Source: Octopus vulgaris (taxonomy: Eukaryota). From it: 64,000 nt of DNA. The position numbers and the translations under genes were made by a program. Below are positions 37,831 through 51,039 of this stretch, in pieces. The stretch lies in NCBI GenBank assembly GCA_951406725.2, contig OX597825.1, positions 75,516,001 to 75,580,000 of the forward strand, written 5' to 3'. A model generated the notes under the pieces. That model was not told where the DNA came from. It did not search any database and was given only the letters and a program-made list of their open reading frames with translations. The number at the start of each line of letters is the position of its first letter. Positions within the stretch are counted from its first letter, which is position 1.

Positions 37831-39571
37831 TTTTCTTCAAGAATGCGCTTATATAATCCTTCCTACTTACACACATACACACACACTCATGCATGCACAC
37901 TTCCACACATAAGCTCACAAGCCTCACTGAATCCCTTACCCAGATGCACTGTTGCCAGCAATTTCCTGTTCAACCATGCGGCCAAAGAAACTTCTTTCAT
38001 CCATGAAACTACTGTTGCTTATTTAGCAATACTGCCAACCATGACATCACATGACCTTCCTTGACCAATTGCAGCCCATCTACTGGTATACATTTTGGGC
38101 TCCCTGCATCCCTGCGGTTGTCTGGATTATTTCCAGCCCAACAAGAAAAGCTCCTTTAAGGTTATGACGGTGATTACTCTCCAGAGTAGAATTCGGAATC
38201 CACGTCAGTTAGTCTACAATTTATAACGGTGGATTACCAGTTTATAACTGGTGTTGTTGCCAATTTATAACATCGTGACTTTTGAGAAGAATGACGAGTG
38301 GCAATTTATCATAGTGAAAATTTATCTATAACAATTAGATGATTTTATCTATTTATCCCGTGTTCGACTTGAAATTATAAGAAATATAAATATTTCTTGA
38401 GTAAGAATCTATGGTGATAAATCCGCCACTTATAACTTAATTATAAGTATTTATCACCATACATAAATTCTAACTCAGACTACATAAACGTTGTGGTGTG
38501 TTATATACACCAAGATGCTTAACATGCATGTATGTTGAAGATAATAAAGCTTATTCTTTTTCACTGCTATAATAACAGCTTCAATAGTTACAGAAATAAA
38601 TTTCATCAACAGGTTGAAGAAAATGAGGAAAAAGAAATTTTTTACTAAATTAGTTTATTTACATACATTTAATATTTACAGTACATTTTAATAAGTCAAA
38701 AGAAGAGTCATAGAGAGTTATGACATGAAATTTATATTGATTCTTCCATAACTAAGCTACAAGAATTTTAAACAACAATTCGAAATAGCCTTGTTGAATT
38801 AGATAAAAGTCTTGGCATGGCAATAACCAATATCTCAAGAGAGTGAGTGTCATGGAATCGAATGACAGACAACAAACACTAATTTTCTTCCCAAAAATCA
38901 GGGTTTTTATAACTGCTCATATCTGAATTCTAAGAACCATATTTCATGTAAGATTTCTCTTTGATGAAAGTTAGAATTCAAATATGGCCAGTAGTTTTAA
39001 CCATTGAGAAACTAATAATTATACCTATTCGACCAACATGACAATGATGTCGTATTATAGCCGATAAAGGTTTATTATGACTTGCTACAAAAGCCCTCAA
39101 CCAGAAAAATTGTTAAAAATTTTGCGAAAAAAAGAATATTGATAATACAAATATATTTCAATACACAGCTGGAATTAATATTTTAACAAGTCAAATACAC
39201 AAATTTACAAAGGTATCCACATGTTGAGCAAATGAAAATAACTGTGCATCCCGGTTTTACAACAATACAGTGTTCATGGAAAATTTATCAAAATGTTCAA
39301 TATAATTTCTCTGGAAAAAATTATAAAGTCTTTTAAAAAGAAATATTTTTTAAAAAACTCCATGAGGAATATATTCAAATGAACTGAGAAAGTCTTTTGG
39401 GAAAGTTTTCTTTTCTTTTCGCTCACTGGTAGGTTATTTTAAAATTGACTTGCGGATCTTTTGCTCAACTTTAAGTTCGCTGTTTTGTGAATTGTTTTGA
39501 GTTATTTTTTAAATGTGTTGCTCAAATTTTTATTCTCATGACATGAAAAAATTGGTCGAAATGAGTCTGGC

Positions 39572-40158
39572 AAGACTTCCGCCCGTCCCCACCATCAAAA
39601 TAGCCACCCTTTTTAAAAGCAATTTTTTTTTGACACAAATCCCTCTTTTCGGTTACGGGGAATATGAATCCGCAAAAAATTGACAAAAAACGGCATTTTT
39701 AAATTACCACCCCCTACCCCCATTTCCTTCATTTTTTACTTTTTTCAGAATTTTTTTTTCCAAAATATGTGGAAAAATGTGGAGATTATGATTCTGAAAA
39801 AAATTTCCAAAATGTTTTGTAAAATTTATTTTAAGAATTTTTTTTTTTTTTCTAAATATGCGGAAAAATACAGTCATAATGATTCGGACAAAAATTTTGA
39901 AACATTTTTGTAGTTACGGTTATGGTTAGGGTTTTAGGGTTAGGGTTAGGGTTTTAGGGTTAGGATTAGGGTTAGGGTTAGTGTTGGGGAAAAAGTTAAA
40001 ATTGAAGAATTTGGTGGAGGAGAGTGTGGGGAATTTAACAATGTTGATCCTTGGCAATTTTCTGGAACCTCCATATCTGAAAACGGGGGTTTTTGGCAAA
40101 AGAATTTTTTTAAATAAACAAATTTGGGAGAAAATGTGGAGGTGGGGGCTGAAGTCTT
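39572..40158. mobile_element. MITE-like element with imperfect TIRs and internal (TTAGGG)n
   Basis: AAGACTTCCGCCCGTCCCCACC vs GGTGGGGGCTGAAGTCTT, plus a second matching inverted block; telomere-like tract ~39924-39981. Confidence 0.55.
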
Positions 40159-40220
40159 TCCATGAGCCTTTTTAACTCTGTTTAAACTGACAACTTCCAT
40201 TTTACCATGCATATCCCAGG

Positions 40221-40330
40221 TCATAGTTTTATATTTGACAAAACTTTAAAAGGTCCAGTGTATCTATAATTTAGTGAATGATAACTGGCATCATTAGGTA
40301 CAAATACATGAGTCCAAGAATTGATCAAAC
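40221..40330 (-). mobile_element. Possible Gypsy integrase C-terminal (GPY/F) remnant
   Basis: THVFVPNDASYHSLNYRYTGPFKVL resembles the HVFVR.D....L...Y.GPFKV motif. Confidence 0.4.
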
Positions 40331-40559
40331 TAAAAGGTTTGACCCAAGAAAAAAAAAGAAAAAAATAGTGTAATAAGTGTACAACAACATGTAGTAAAAC
40401 GAATATGAAAAAAAAGGTGCGCTCACAAATGGAGGTGGGGAAAGAACTCGGAAAATTCACATCGTCACCTTGAGATGCCATCCTTAGTGATGCCATGCTT
40501 TGAGGCAGTCACACCTATAGAAATATTTAAATCACTGTGATGATGTGGGGAACAACGAC

Positions 40560-41612
40560 GACAAAAATAAGGGTAAACTGGTGTGGGCATCTTTCCGCAG
40601 CTCATCTCATTGACAGAGCTGCAGTTATGTGTCAAACGTAGGCCAAGGATGGGCATTTGGCATCTAGAATGTTGCCAGGCATTGTACCAACTGCCTAAAA
40701 CTGTTAGCAGGAAAACAACCCAAGATTTCTATAGGGAGCTAGTTGAGGGTATGAGTGATGATCTAGGCATCAATGAGAACAGTTTGTGTAGTCTCTTCCA
40801 GAGGACCTTCGGGTCGAAGATCATGGACAATTTCCAAGTCTTTGGCATGGCAGTGCTACAGAGATGCATTGCCCATTTGAGACAAATTTTTCAGGCATAG
40901 AAATACCAACAGCTAAACCTGCCCGAGATGCTTGCAGGGGGACGAAATCATTCTGCATGCAATAATTTAGTGTCCATGCATTAGAGAACTGTGGGATTGT
41001 GTGGAGCAGCTTTGTCACGTATAAAATGAATTCATGCAGCTGCCATCAACACACCACCTTCCCTTAGCAGAAAAGGAAGGCAGGTCTTTCTCTGCCTGGT
41101 GGCTGTGGAAAAGAGACTGTGTGGTGGACCCGTCTGAAAGATTAGAAGACAGGCACATTCCTATCCGGTCAAGCCCCCATCAATTTCTTCAAATATCATT
41201 TAAAGAGGAAGGTGAAGGTAGAGAGGGCAGTGCTACCTTTTAGTATGTTAATCAAAAAGTGGACGAGAGACTGAATGGATCAACTCTGAATATGCTTTTC
41301 TAAGCAGGAGGAAAGAAACTGGAAGAGGGCACTTTCCCAAGTCAGAGATGGCAGAGTAATCTGGAATTTTTGTGGGGGTTTTACCCCAGATTATCCCAAC
41401 TGAACTGCCCCACTATTGGGGATTCTATTTATTTATTTATGATTTATTTCTCTACTTTCTATTATATATCCTTTGTTATATCCTTTAATGCGGTAATATC
41501 TCCCCTTGGTTCATGTTAACCCCACATGTTTTTGTTGTGCTGTTACTCAACCTTTGATATTGTCCACCATGCCTTGGGTCCTTGAGGCCAATAAAAGAAA
41601 TTATTATTATTA

Positions 41613-41670
<58 letters not shown>
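40560..41670 (+). mobile_element. L1/Tx1-like LINE 3' fragment with (TTA)n tail
   Basis: TTQDFYRELV..MDNFQ..LAWQCYRDALP..CPRC..ILH (zinc-binding region after RT, frameshifted); AATAAA followed by (TTA)n. Confidence 0.65.
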
Positions 41671-41674
<4 letters not shown>

Positions 41675-42409
41675 TTTATCTAAATTTTTAGTTTCCTTAT
41701 ACTCTTTGTTAATTTTCAACATCTCTATAATCCTATCATTTTCTAGAACTTCATTATTAATATGATGATTCTGGATATAGTAAACCTTATCTTTATGTCC
41801 AGCTTCTAATAATGCATGGTTATGATAAGTTTGAGTTTACTTAAATATATCCTCATTAGATGAGAGCCTTGCAATACAAGTAGATATATTTCTAACAATT
41901 GAATTTATTATGCTTCTTGGATGATAAGAATTTTTATTTATATATCTTAAGCATTCATTAGGCTTATGAGGAGAATATGTTGAATAAAATTATAATTAAC
42001 TGTTCCTCTTGTATTTTCTTTTACCCAAACCCAGAAACTTTTCAACACTGCCTTGTATATATAAATATACATACATATAATCATATATCTGTATATCATC
42101 ATCATCATCATCATCATCATCACACTTGTTGTTATAATCAGTTCATGACATATGTTGATGTCAAGTAGCACATATGAAAGCAATAATTAAATTGAAAACT
42201 TACTCCATACCCCACACACACACACACTCACACACATTCTTTTATTCCTTAGTTCATTTCAGCCACGCAGCTCTGATCATGCTGGAACACAACCAGGATT
42301 TTGCACTTTTACACATCTTTCTTCTTTGGCTGATTTCTTCCGATTTAGGGTTAGGGTTAGGGATTTCATATCACTACCCTTGCATGCGTTTTCCCTTTGG
42401 TTGTTGGCC

Positions 42410-42670
42410 ATTTGGTGTATGAGGGAGTATGACACTGCTGTCCTCGTTTGTACCACATGCTGAGCCATTAGTTCATCGTGTATTGTGGAGAGGAGAATGT
42501 CTAGTTCCCTTTTGATGATACCCACGTCCATATTGTGTAGGTTTCTTACTTTTTAGGGCAGAGCAATGAAGAGCTATGCATCTTTGAACCCTAAGCTATT
42601 GCACTACCTGGTCTGATATTAGACAGGATTGATAGTACCTTTGGTACTATACAATAATGTCTGGTTTTGG
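42410..42670 (-). mobile_element. CR1-like LINE extreme 3' fragment
   Basis: DVGIIKRELDILLSTIHDE..SLIHQ, typical of CR1 ORF2 C-termini. Confidence 0.5.
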
Positions 42671-42708
<38 letters not shown>

Positions 42709-42899
42709 TGTCATCATTCAGTTTTATTTCACAATTTCTTACCAATAAAGAATGAGCTGGTTTCTAACCTAGATTCAAGGCCCCTTTCTTGAAATTTCAA
42801 CAACATTAACAGGGTATTTTTGCATGTATTTGTGTATATGTGCAGATTTGTATGCTTTGTTTTATGCATGTCTAGACATGCACATATATACTTGAATGA

Positions 42900-43880
42900 T
42901 AAACTTCTAGAAATTTTTATAGATTTTTACAGTTCCACTGATGGTTTGGATATGTAGTCTTTAAATCAGATCCTTTCTAGTTTTGAGAAGCCTAACTTCT
43001 CAACGTTGTTACTTAGGCAGTGTGCTACAAATCCCACTGCCACAATAATTACAGGTATAAACCTGAATTTGCAATCTTGGTAAAGTAACTGTAAATCTCT
43101 CAATAGTTCAGCATAGATATTTTCTTTTTCGCTGATCTTTAGCTTTATATCAGCATCTGCTGGGCAGCTGATTTCCACAGTTGTACTCAGTTTCTCTTTT
43201 CTATGCCAAATCACTACATAAGGCTTATTATATTTACATTTCTTGAGGTTTTCACTGGGGTATTCCTCTGGTACTCCTTCTTATTATGAGTGGCTGTGGC
43301 TTCTGACAAACTGTGGGTTCTTATTTCTTTGGCCTCAAGGTTATCCTTCCAATGGATCTCATTATACAGTGTCTTAGATACAGCATCATGTCTCATCAGC
43401 AGATAATATCATGATGACATTATTGGACAACTGCTAATGATGTAGGAGATATCTTCAGTGTTAATTCCACAAAGTTTGCATCAGTTATCATATTTTAGTG
43501 TTTTGCCTGCGTCTCTGTCCCTTTTATGCATCCGATATTTGGTTGATATTTCCTGTTTCCGGATTTCAAATGCATACCCTTCAAAGTGGAAGTTAGTATT
43601 CTGGTTGTTAGTCCATGATAGACTGCTTTGGTCTTCAATGTAACTATCAATCAAGAGTTTTCTGCTAACATATCCATGCATGGTCTTCTGCTGATGTACA
43701 CTTATCTTTAAATCTCATGATATGTTTGGTAGAGCTGCATGACATCTTTGGGCATGTATTTAAGGTTATCAGACAAGGAATGCTGCTTAAGGTGCTGCAT
43801 TCCAAGTCTCATGATGTCATCACCTTCATGTATGTAAACTCGGTTGTGGATGCACTTCAACACTTAGTGGGAAGTGTGCC
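42900..43880 (-). mobile_element. R4/Dong-like non-LTR element fragment (CCHC knuckle + restriction-like endonuclease)
   Basis: MHG..QEISTKY..CKLC..ED..IISSC..RHDAV..KP.VVIW..VEISCP..EKENIY..L..IPVII. Confidence 0.8.
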
Positions 43881-43936
43881 TGTATGTATGTATATATGTA
43901 TGTATGCATGTATGTATGCATGTATAATATATATTG

Positions 43937-43979
<43 letters not shown>

Positions 43980-43983
<4 letters not shown>

Positions 43984-44640
43984 CTCAACTTGTGTATCTG
44001 TGTGTGTGTCTGTGTGTTTAACTTCCCGGCACATCTCCTCCTAGCCAACAAATCGTTGAACCATCAAAAATGGGTCACTTAAAGTTTAGGCGAATGAAAA
44101 TTGAACTGTGCTATTTCTGTTCCGAAATTCATCTCACAAGTGCAAAAATTGATAATGTGTTTGTTTAGGTCTTATCCCATGCATTGAATAGTGAACTTTA
44201 CTCAGTCAGCTGTTTGACGTGGACTGTGTTCACCACGCGTGCAAGCATGCGTAAATTGCATTAAAAATGAAAAATCAAGATATAAAAACGAATCGCCGTA
44301 AGCATTGTAGAAATTCGGCAAAGAAATGAATTTTCGGGATGTAGCCTGGAGGGTTTTCGTATTAATCGTTTGGACTTTGTGAACACATACCAATTGTTTT
44401 CATAACATTTTTAATGCTTTGAATTAAATGTGACCATTTTGCGTTGAGTCTGCAGTTTGAATCACTTTGACCAAATTTTAGCAGGCCGGATTTTTGATCA
44501 TCACGATACATCACCAGCAACTCCCTGAAATCCCCGTTGAGAAATCTATATATATAAAACTCAACTTGTGTGTCTGTGTGTATGTGTCTGTGTGTTTAAC
44601 TTTTTGATCTACCAAGTTTCATTATTAAGGATGGAAAGTA
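43980..44640 (+). mobile_element. Helitron-like non-autonomous 5' segments (two starts, ~43980 and 44545)
   Basis: Repeated (TC)TATATATA..AACTCAACTTGTGTRTCTGTGTG 5' motif. Confidence 0.5.
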
Positions 44641-44652
44641 GTGTGTAGCAAA

Positions 44653-45042
44653 TCTATATATATAAAGCTGAAGTTATCTGTGTGTGGCAGGTTTGGTAGC
44701 CTTCAACTAACACTATCTCCTTTGAGACCCTGCAGCGCAAGTTGACCAAAATCGAGAGTATGATAGAAGAAGGCTTGTTCTTCATTCTGTAGAAGATAAA
44801 ATTCAAATCGGACCATGTTAACACCAAAATTTATTTACATCAAAAAGGTGCTTTTTTTCTATGAAAATCCCTATTTTTTAATGATTTTTTACTGCTGTGT
44901 CACCATTTTTCGGTGTATTTCAACTGGAAAAATGTTCACTTGAAGAGAATAACAAGTTGCATAATGCAAAATTTTTACTTTTCAAAAATTCCAATTCTAA
45001 AGGGTTGAAACAAACCTAAGCAACACTGGGTGATACTGCTAG
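44653..45042 (+). mobile_element. Non-autonomous Helitron
   Basis: A|TC...GCAACACTGGGTGATACTGCTAG|T; same 3' end as 12865-13249. Confidence 0.75.
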
Positions 45043-45054
45043 TATATATATATA

Positions 45055-46085
45055 GAGTTCCAAAAGAGTTAGAGGTTGTTAATCCAACCAACTAAGGGAT
45101 AATATCTATCCAATATACTGCTGGTAGAAAACCCAATTATTAATACACAAGTTGTTTTTTTTACTTGCATGGCAATTACACTACTGAATGTAATAAATGG
45201 GTGAGATTAATTTATACAGCAATAAGAAAATGGAGGGGATCAACTTTTAGACATTATATTATGTCTATATATTTATTTTTTTAAAAAAACCATTATAACA
45301 GTATACATACATGTATAGCATAGTAAGCTTTACATATACAAAATGTATATAAAAATACCAGTAATTATTAAAATATATAACGCAGATCACAAAAGATAGG
45401 ATTATATCTTACAGCTGTTTCAGCCAAGAGGCCAAAGTACCCCAATCTACTTAGTTCCCTTCAGTGAACTGAAGTATTTGGTAGATAAGATTTAGGTACT
45501 TGGGTGTGTCTCTGGGCTTCATCAGAGAGTTTAGAAAGTTCATAAGGTTAAATTATAAATACAAATACATACACATATACACACTTATACATACATACAC
45601 ATAAACATGCATAAACACATGTACATATATTTCTATATTCATATGTAAATGCATACCAAGGAATCAATTATTATTATTGGTAGGTGTATTATATTATTCT
45701 TATTAGATAAAGTATAAACAGAGGAAGGAGAAAGTTATCAAAAGAGAAATAATAGTGGAATATAAAAACAATATATCCTAAGATTATTGTAGTTATGTAG
45801 GAATGAAAAGGTATATAAATGAGAAATACATAAATATATATACATATACATACATGCACATATATACATACATATATATTTATGTACAAACATACCCATA
45901 TGTACATACATATTACATCTTCCCTTCTCAGCATATGTAAATCTACATATAAACATAGTAAATCTACATCACTCGCCAATCACATACATCATCTCAAAAA
46001 TGCAAACATACCCTATACTCTATCATGGTCCATAATAGACTCAGGACTTCCCTACCGAGGTCAGCGCTCAATCTGCAAGCTAGTT
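45055..46085 (-). mobile_element. PLE 3' UTR (minus) abutting a plus-strand GIY-YIG C-terminal piece (~45950-46085)
   Basis: UTR homologous to 33790-34580; plus-strand STSLANHIHHLK..YTLSWSII....Y......CKL. Confidence 0.6.
45407..45528 (-). ncRNA. Type I hammerhead with large structured stem II
   Basis: UCU-CUGAUGA-AGCC...GGCU-GAAA-CAGCU-GUA-AGA. Confidence 0.72.
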
Positions 46086-47129
46086 TCTCACATATGCAAC
46101 CATCTAATTATATTCATTTGCATATATACACATACACACGTATATACGTATGAGTGAGGATATGCCTGTATGCATACATGTGGGTATTTGTAAACATTTA
46201 TACGCATGCAAAATTTAGATAACTGCACATGTGGGAACAATGATACATGAGGTTTGTATTTGTAATTTATCTCTATAACTTATCTGATATACATGTATAT
46301 ACATCTTCGCATAAATATTTTCTCAGAATAATTAACACTGCTCAACTTTGCCTTTCATCCTTTCATAATTTAAGTACCAGTTACGAACTGAGGTAGATGT
46401 AATCTACTTAATCCGTTTGTCTGTCCTTGTTTGTCCCCTCTTTGTTTAGCCCCTTGTGGGTAATAAAGAAATATATTTCCTTAATTCTTAATTCTTCATA
46501 TATTTGCCTCACAATTAAAAGCTACTACTACACTTAGTACTTCCTCTACCCTCATTTCTCTATCATTTATACTATAATACCTTTCTCTCTCTACTTTCAA
46601 ACTACCTCCACTGACCAATTTTTTTTCCTTCTTTTCCTTATTCTCTTTATTCATACCTTCAGGGGTTTTATTCTTTATTTTTATTTTTACTAATCTTCTT
46701 TTTTCTTTCTCTTTAATTCTTTTTTCTCTTCTCCTTTTTTTTTCTTTTTCTTTTCTTTGTCATTCCTCTCTTCCTGTTTTCAATATGACCAAATTAATAC
46801 ACTCCCTATTTCTAGGTCAGTTTAAACACAAACCTGGAATCTGCTACTTTCTATATAAATTCCCTACTGGGAATGACCAACTTTAAGAGAATCTTACATT
46901 GCTTATAAACTTTACTTTTGGATGGACTTTACATTTGGATTAAACTCTGTGGGACTTTTGGATTTTACTCAAAGGATATTGGAATAATACACATATATAC
47001 CATTATGCCTATAAAACGAATTTATGAACTCAATAACCATACATATCTTACATTTATTTTCTTTCCTCCTCCTCACTCTATTTGTATCACATTGAAACTA
47101 ACTATGACTTAACTTTTCCTCCCACACCT

Positions 47130-47182
47130 TCTCTGATGAAGGGATATTATTATTAATTAATATTCTAGAAACAGCTGTAAGA
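47130..47182 (+). ncRNA. Minimal type I hammerhead ribozyme in a PLE-terminus-like repeat (~46740-47250; related to ~15780-16078)
   Basis: UCU-CUGAUGA-[AU-rich stem II]-GAAA-CAGCU-GUA-AGA; palindromic ACAGCUGU stem III. Confidence 0.7.
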
Positions 47183-47589
47183 CCTTCTATCTATAAATGC
47201 TCTAATGTCTATACAGCCTTGGTTTTTTTCTCTCATTACACAAAAAATTCATATATACACACGCTGACATAGAACCAACGTTGAACCCTTTATTCTCAAT
47301 ATTACCGAATCTGGAATTTAACTATGGTCTGTCTATAGCACTTATTCAGCATTACTTGATACCTTTGGGTCTCAGTGACACCATTATCTCGTATGACCTC
47401 AACTTCTCACTAATATATATATATATATATATATACATATATATATAGAGAGAGAGTGGTGGGGATAGAGAGATAGATAGATAGATAGATATATCATCGT
47501 AGACTTAGATGACTTATGAGGGTTTGGTAAATTCTTGCCAAACAACCACACAGATGATTTCTTTATAATGATTAAATGTTTGTGTACGC

Positions 47590-47790
47590 ATAAGTTCATT
47601 CCTTCCATCAAATCGACATTACCTGTACATGTGCACCATGTGCCACATGTCAGATGATGAAATGATCAAAGTGTAATGTGAAATGAAATGCTTTGCTCAA
47701 GAATACAACATAACTCCTGGTCTGGGAAGTGAACCCACGATCTCACAATCATGATTTCAACACCCTAACCACTAAGCCATGTGCCTTCAC
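47590..47790 (-). mobile_element. tRNA-derived SINE (family C)
   Basis: Minus strand TGGCTTAGTGG A box, GGTTCACTTCC B box, CTTGAGCAAAGCATTT domain. Confidence 0.6.
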
Positions 47791-47845
47791 ATATATATAT
47801 CTTTCATACATGCACACACACACACACACACATATTTCACATATA

Positions 47846-48480
47846 GGCGCAGGAGTGGCTGTGTGGTAAGTAGCTTGCTAACCAACCACATGGTTCCGGG
47901 TTCAGTCCCACTGCGTGGCATCTTGGGCAAGTGTCTTCTTCTATAGCCCCGGGCTGACCAATGCCTTGTGAGTGGATTTAGTAGACGGAAACTGAGAGAA
48001 GCCTGTCGTATATATGTATATACATATATATATGTATGTGTGTGTGTTTGTCTGTGTTTGTCCCCCTAGCATTGCTTGGCAACCAACTCTGGTGTGTTTA
48101 CGTCCCCGTCACTTAGCAGTTCGGCGAGATAGACCGATAGAATAAGTACTAGGCTTACAAAGAATAAGTCCCGGGGTCGACTTGCTTGACTAAAGGTGGT
48201 GCTCCAGCATGGCCGCAGTCAAATGACTGAAACAAGTAAAAGAGTAAAGAGTATATATATATATATATATATATATATGTTTGTATGTCTGTCTTGTTCC
48301 CCACCAACATTGTTTGACAACTGATGTTGGTGTGTTTATGTCCCTGTAACTTAGTGGTTCGGCTGAAGATATTGATAGAAAAAGTAGTAGTCTTACAAAA
48401 GAATAAGACCTGGGGTCAATTCGTTTGACTAAAGGACGGTGCTCCAGCATGGCCACAGTCAAATGACAAACAAGTAAAAA
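47846..48480 (+). mobile_element. Family B SINE (47846-48250) followed by a duplicated 3' half (48280-48480)
   Basis: High similarity to the 8654 and 23967 copies. Confidence 0.85.
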
Positions 48481-49182
48481 GAAAAGGATATATATATCCT
48501 TCTCTTTCTCTCTTACTCTCTCTCCTCACATACCCACCTTCCCCTTCCCCCTGCATGTCAAACCTCCTCCATAAGCCCACCCCACCCCTACACATTCCTA
48601 CTCCACCTTTCCTATCCTTTCCATCCCCCCATCCTATCCCCTACACCCTCTCCCACATACCCCACCTACCCCCACCTCTGCCTACCCCAACCCCCAGCTG
48701 AACCCACACCCCACCAGTGCAATCCCCACTTTCACCTCCCCCACCTCCCAACAACATCACACCACACTACACCATACAGCATTACACATCACATCACAAC
48801 ACACCACCCACACACCAGCACTGACCAATTCCCATCCCCACATTTTCACACCTACACATGCATACATGCATACGTCCAGGCCACCAGCCCTCTTTCACAT
48901 GCACATACATACTCTCTTATACACACACGCACCTTCGTGTTGGGGGGGTCATCTTTACTTTGTTATCTCCCTTACTTCTTCACTCTCCTGTGTGATCCTA
49001 CTGTCTGGCAGTCGCCATGATAGATTGGTAGCCACTACACACATTTTTTTCTCTCCTTGTTTTTTTTTCTGCGTCCCTTTCGAAACGTAAAAGACTTTTT
49101 CTATTCCTGAGCGTTATACTAATACATCTGTTTGTTTTGTACACCACCTGTCTTCGTCTTTTGTTTCTTTCATGAACTCTCC

Positions 49183-49221
<39 letters not shown>

Positions 49222-49894
49222 TTCTCATATGCATATACACACGGCAGTACTTCCACCTACTAAATTCACTCACAAGGTTTTGGTCAGCTTAAAGCTATAG
49301 TAGAAGTCACTTGTCCAAGGTACCTTTTTGTAGGACTGAACCTGAAACCATGTGAATGGGAAGTAAACTACCCCAGACAATCATGCCTGTTCTTCCCCTT
49401 CATCATAGTGATTAACTTCAGCTCCAAGCATGAAACTGCCCCTGTTACATCTGCCCTAGGATTTGTAGTTCTGTGCACTGCATGGAGATGTCAATAGTCC
49501 AGGCGATATTTGAAAAGCACCCAGTTTAAGCTTTGAAGGGGTTGGTGTTAGGAAGGGTGCCCAGCTTGAAAGACTGTGTCAAAACAGACATTGGAGCTTG
49601 ATGCAGTCCTTGGTTGCATTAGATCTAGTCAAACCATCAATCTCATGCCAGCATAGTATATGGATATTAAATGATTATGATATATGTGTATACACGTATG
49701 TGTGTGTGTAGACTAATTCAAATGATTTTTAACAGAGAATCAGAATCCTGACTGTACATTATAAATGTTTTACTATCATTGTCATCAACAGCATGAAGAT
49801 AATGATTATAATCTTTACTATCATTATTGTCATCATCATCAAACCATTCTAAATACTATACTGTTGTTAACTTTGTTGAACTATTTTATTTTAG

Positions 49895-49982
49895 GCACAT
49901 GTTGAAAATCCAGATCTTCCAGTAAAGTATGGTGGCAGCTGCCGATATTCTTGTCAACAGAAGGCGGTGAAGTTAGAAAAAT
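49895..49982 (+). CDS. Candidate internal coding exon (phase 0 in, phase 1 out)
   Basis: TTTTATTTTAG| AHVENPDLPVKYGGSCRYSCQQKAVKLEK |GTAAGA; phase-compatible with 30197-30390. Confidence 0.5.
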
Positions 49983-50064
49983 GTAAGATTTTTGTTTTAG
50001 AGCTCTTCTTTATTCTTTTCTTTTTTGTTTTTCTTTCTCCTTTAAACTCCTTAAGGAATATTTT

Positions 50065-50418
50065 TCACTTACACACACAAACATACACACACACACACAC
50101 ATACACACACTCGTACCCCCCACACACACACACACATATACACACACTCTTGCTCACATTTACACACACACACTCATGCACCACACACACAAACACACAG
50201 ATGTGTACATACACACTCATTACACATACACGCATACACATACACACACATGTGCACACACACACATGTACAAACACACACTCATGTACGCATACTGATA
50301 CACATACACTCATGCACAGATACACAAACATGCATGCAAATACACACAAACACACAAACAAATACACACACACACACAAACATGCATGCACATACACACA
50401 CACATGTGCACACACACA
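50065..50418. repeat. Degenerate (CA)n tract
   Basis: Direct observation; source of His/Thr- and Cys/Val-rich spurious ORFs. Confidence 0.95.
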
Positions 50419-51039
50419 AGGAAATGTAATAATTGTAAGATTAATATGCTCAACTGTGAAGATCAGTATTATGAGCTCAAATTTTATTGTTCCTATTCAA
50501 TCCCTGGGAAAGACATTTTCTACATTTAGTGGTTCAATTCACAGTTGTGTTGTCAGCAATAAAAAAGACAAACAGCTGTAAAATCAATATCTCCAGTCAA
50601 TCACATGTCATTATTGAAATTTTCAAGAACTTTTCCAACCAATGTTGACACATGAAAATGGATAAAAATGTAATACTATTTAAAATGGCTAAAGCATTAA
50701 TGTTGCTCAGAGTTTAAGAATTTGGACAAATAATTTTAGGGTTGATGTACTCAATGATGTATGCAGAAAATTATTAATTATTTGAAATCTTCATGTTTGT
50801 ATGGAAAAAGAAAGAAGAATCTAGCTGCAATTATTGGCAGCTGATGTATAAGCTATCATGTGGTTACTGGAAGTGAGAGATGAAGAGAAAGAGAGAGAGA
50901 GAGAGAAAAAAAATTATAATGACGTAAAGAGGGGAATAACATGGCTAAAGTATTTGTTAAAGTGAGAGGTAGAGAGAAAGAAAGTGAGAGAGAGAGAGGA
51001 ATGTTAAGTGATCAAATTATATACATGATTTACTTTATT

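Noticed and set aside
47846-47915. tRNA genes at SINE heads (also 8654, 23967, 51206)
   Set aside because: A/B boxes are present but there is no complete cloverleaf; the sequence continues into repeat bodies
49967-50581. 204-aa His/Thr-rich ORF, and the many YIYI/CVCV/HTHT ORFs throughout the window
   Set aside because: Translations of (CA)n, (TA)n and (TGTA)n microsatellites, which lack stop codons; no coding signal
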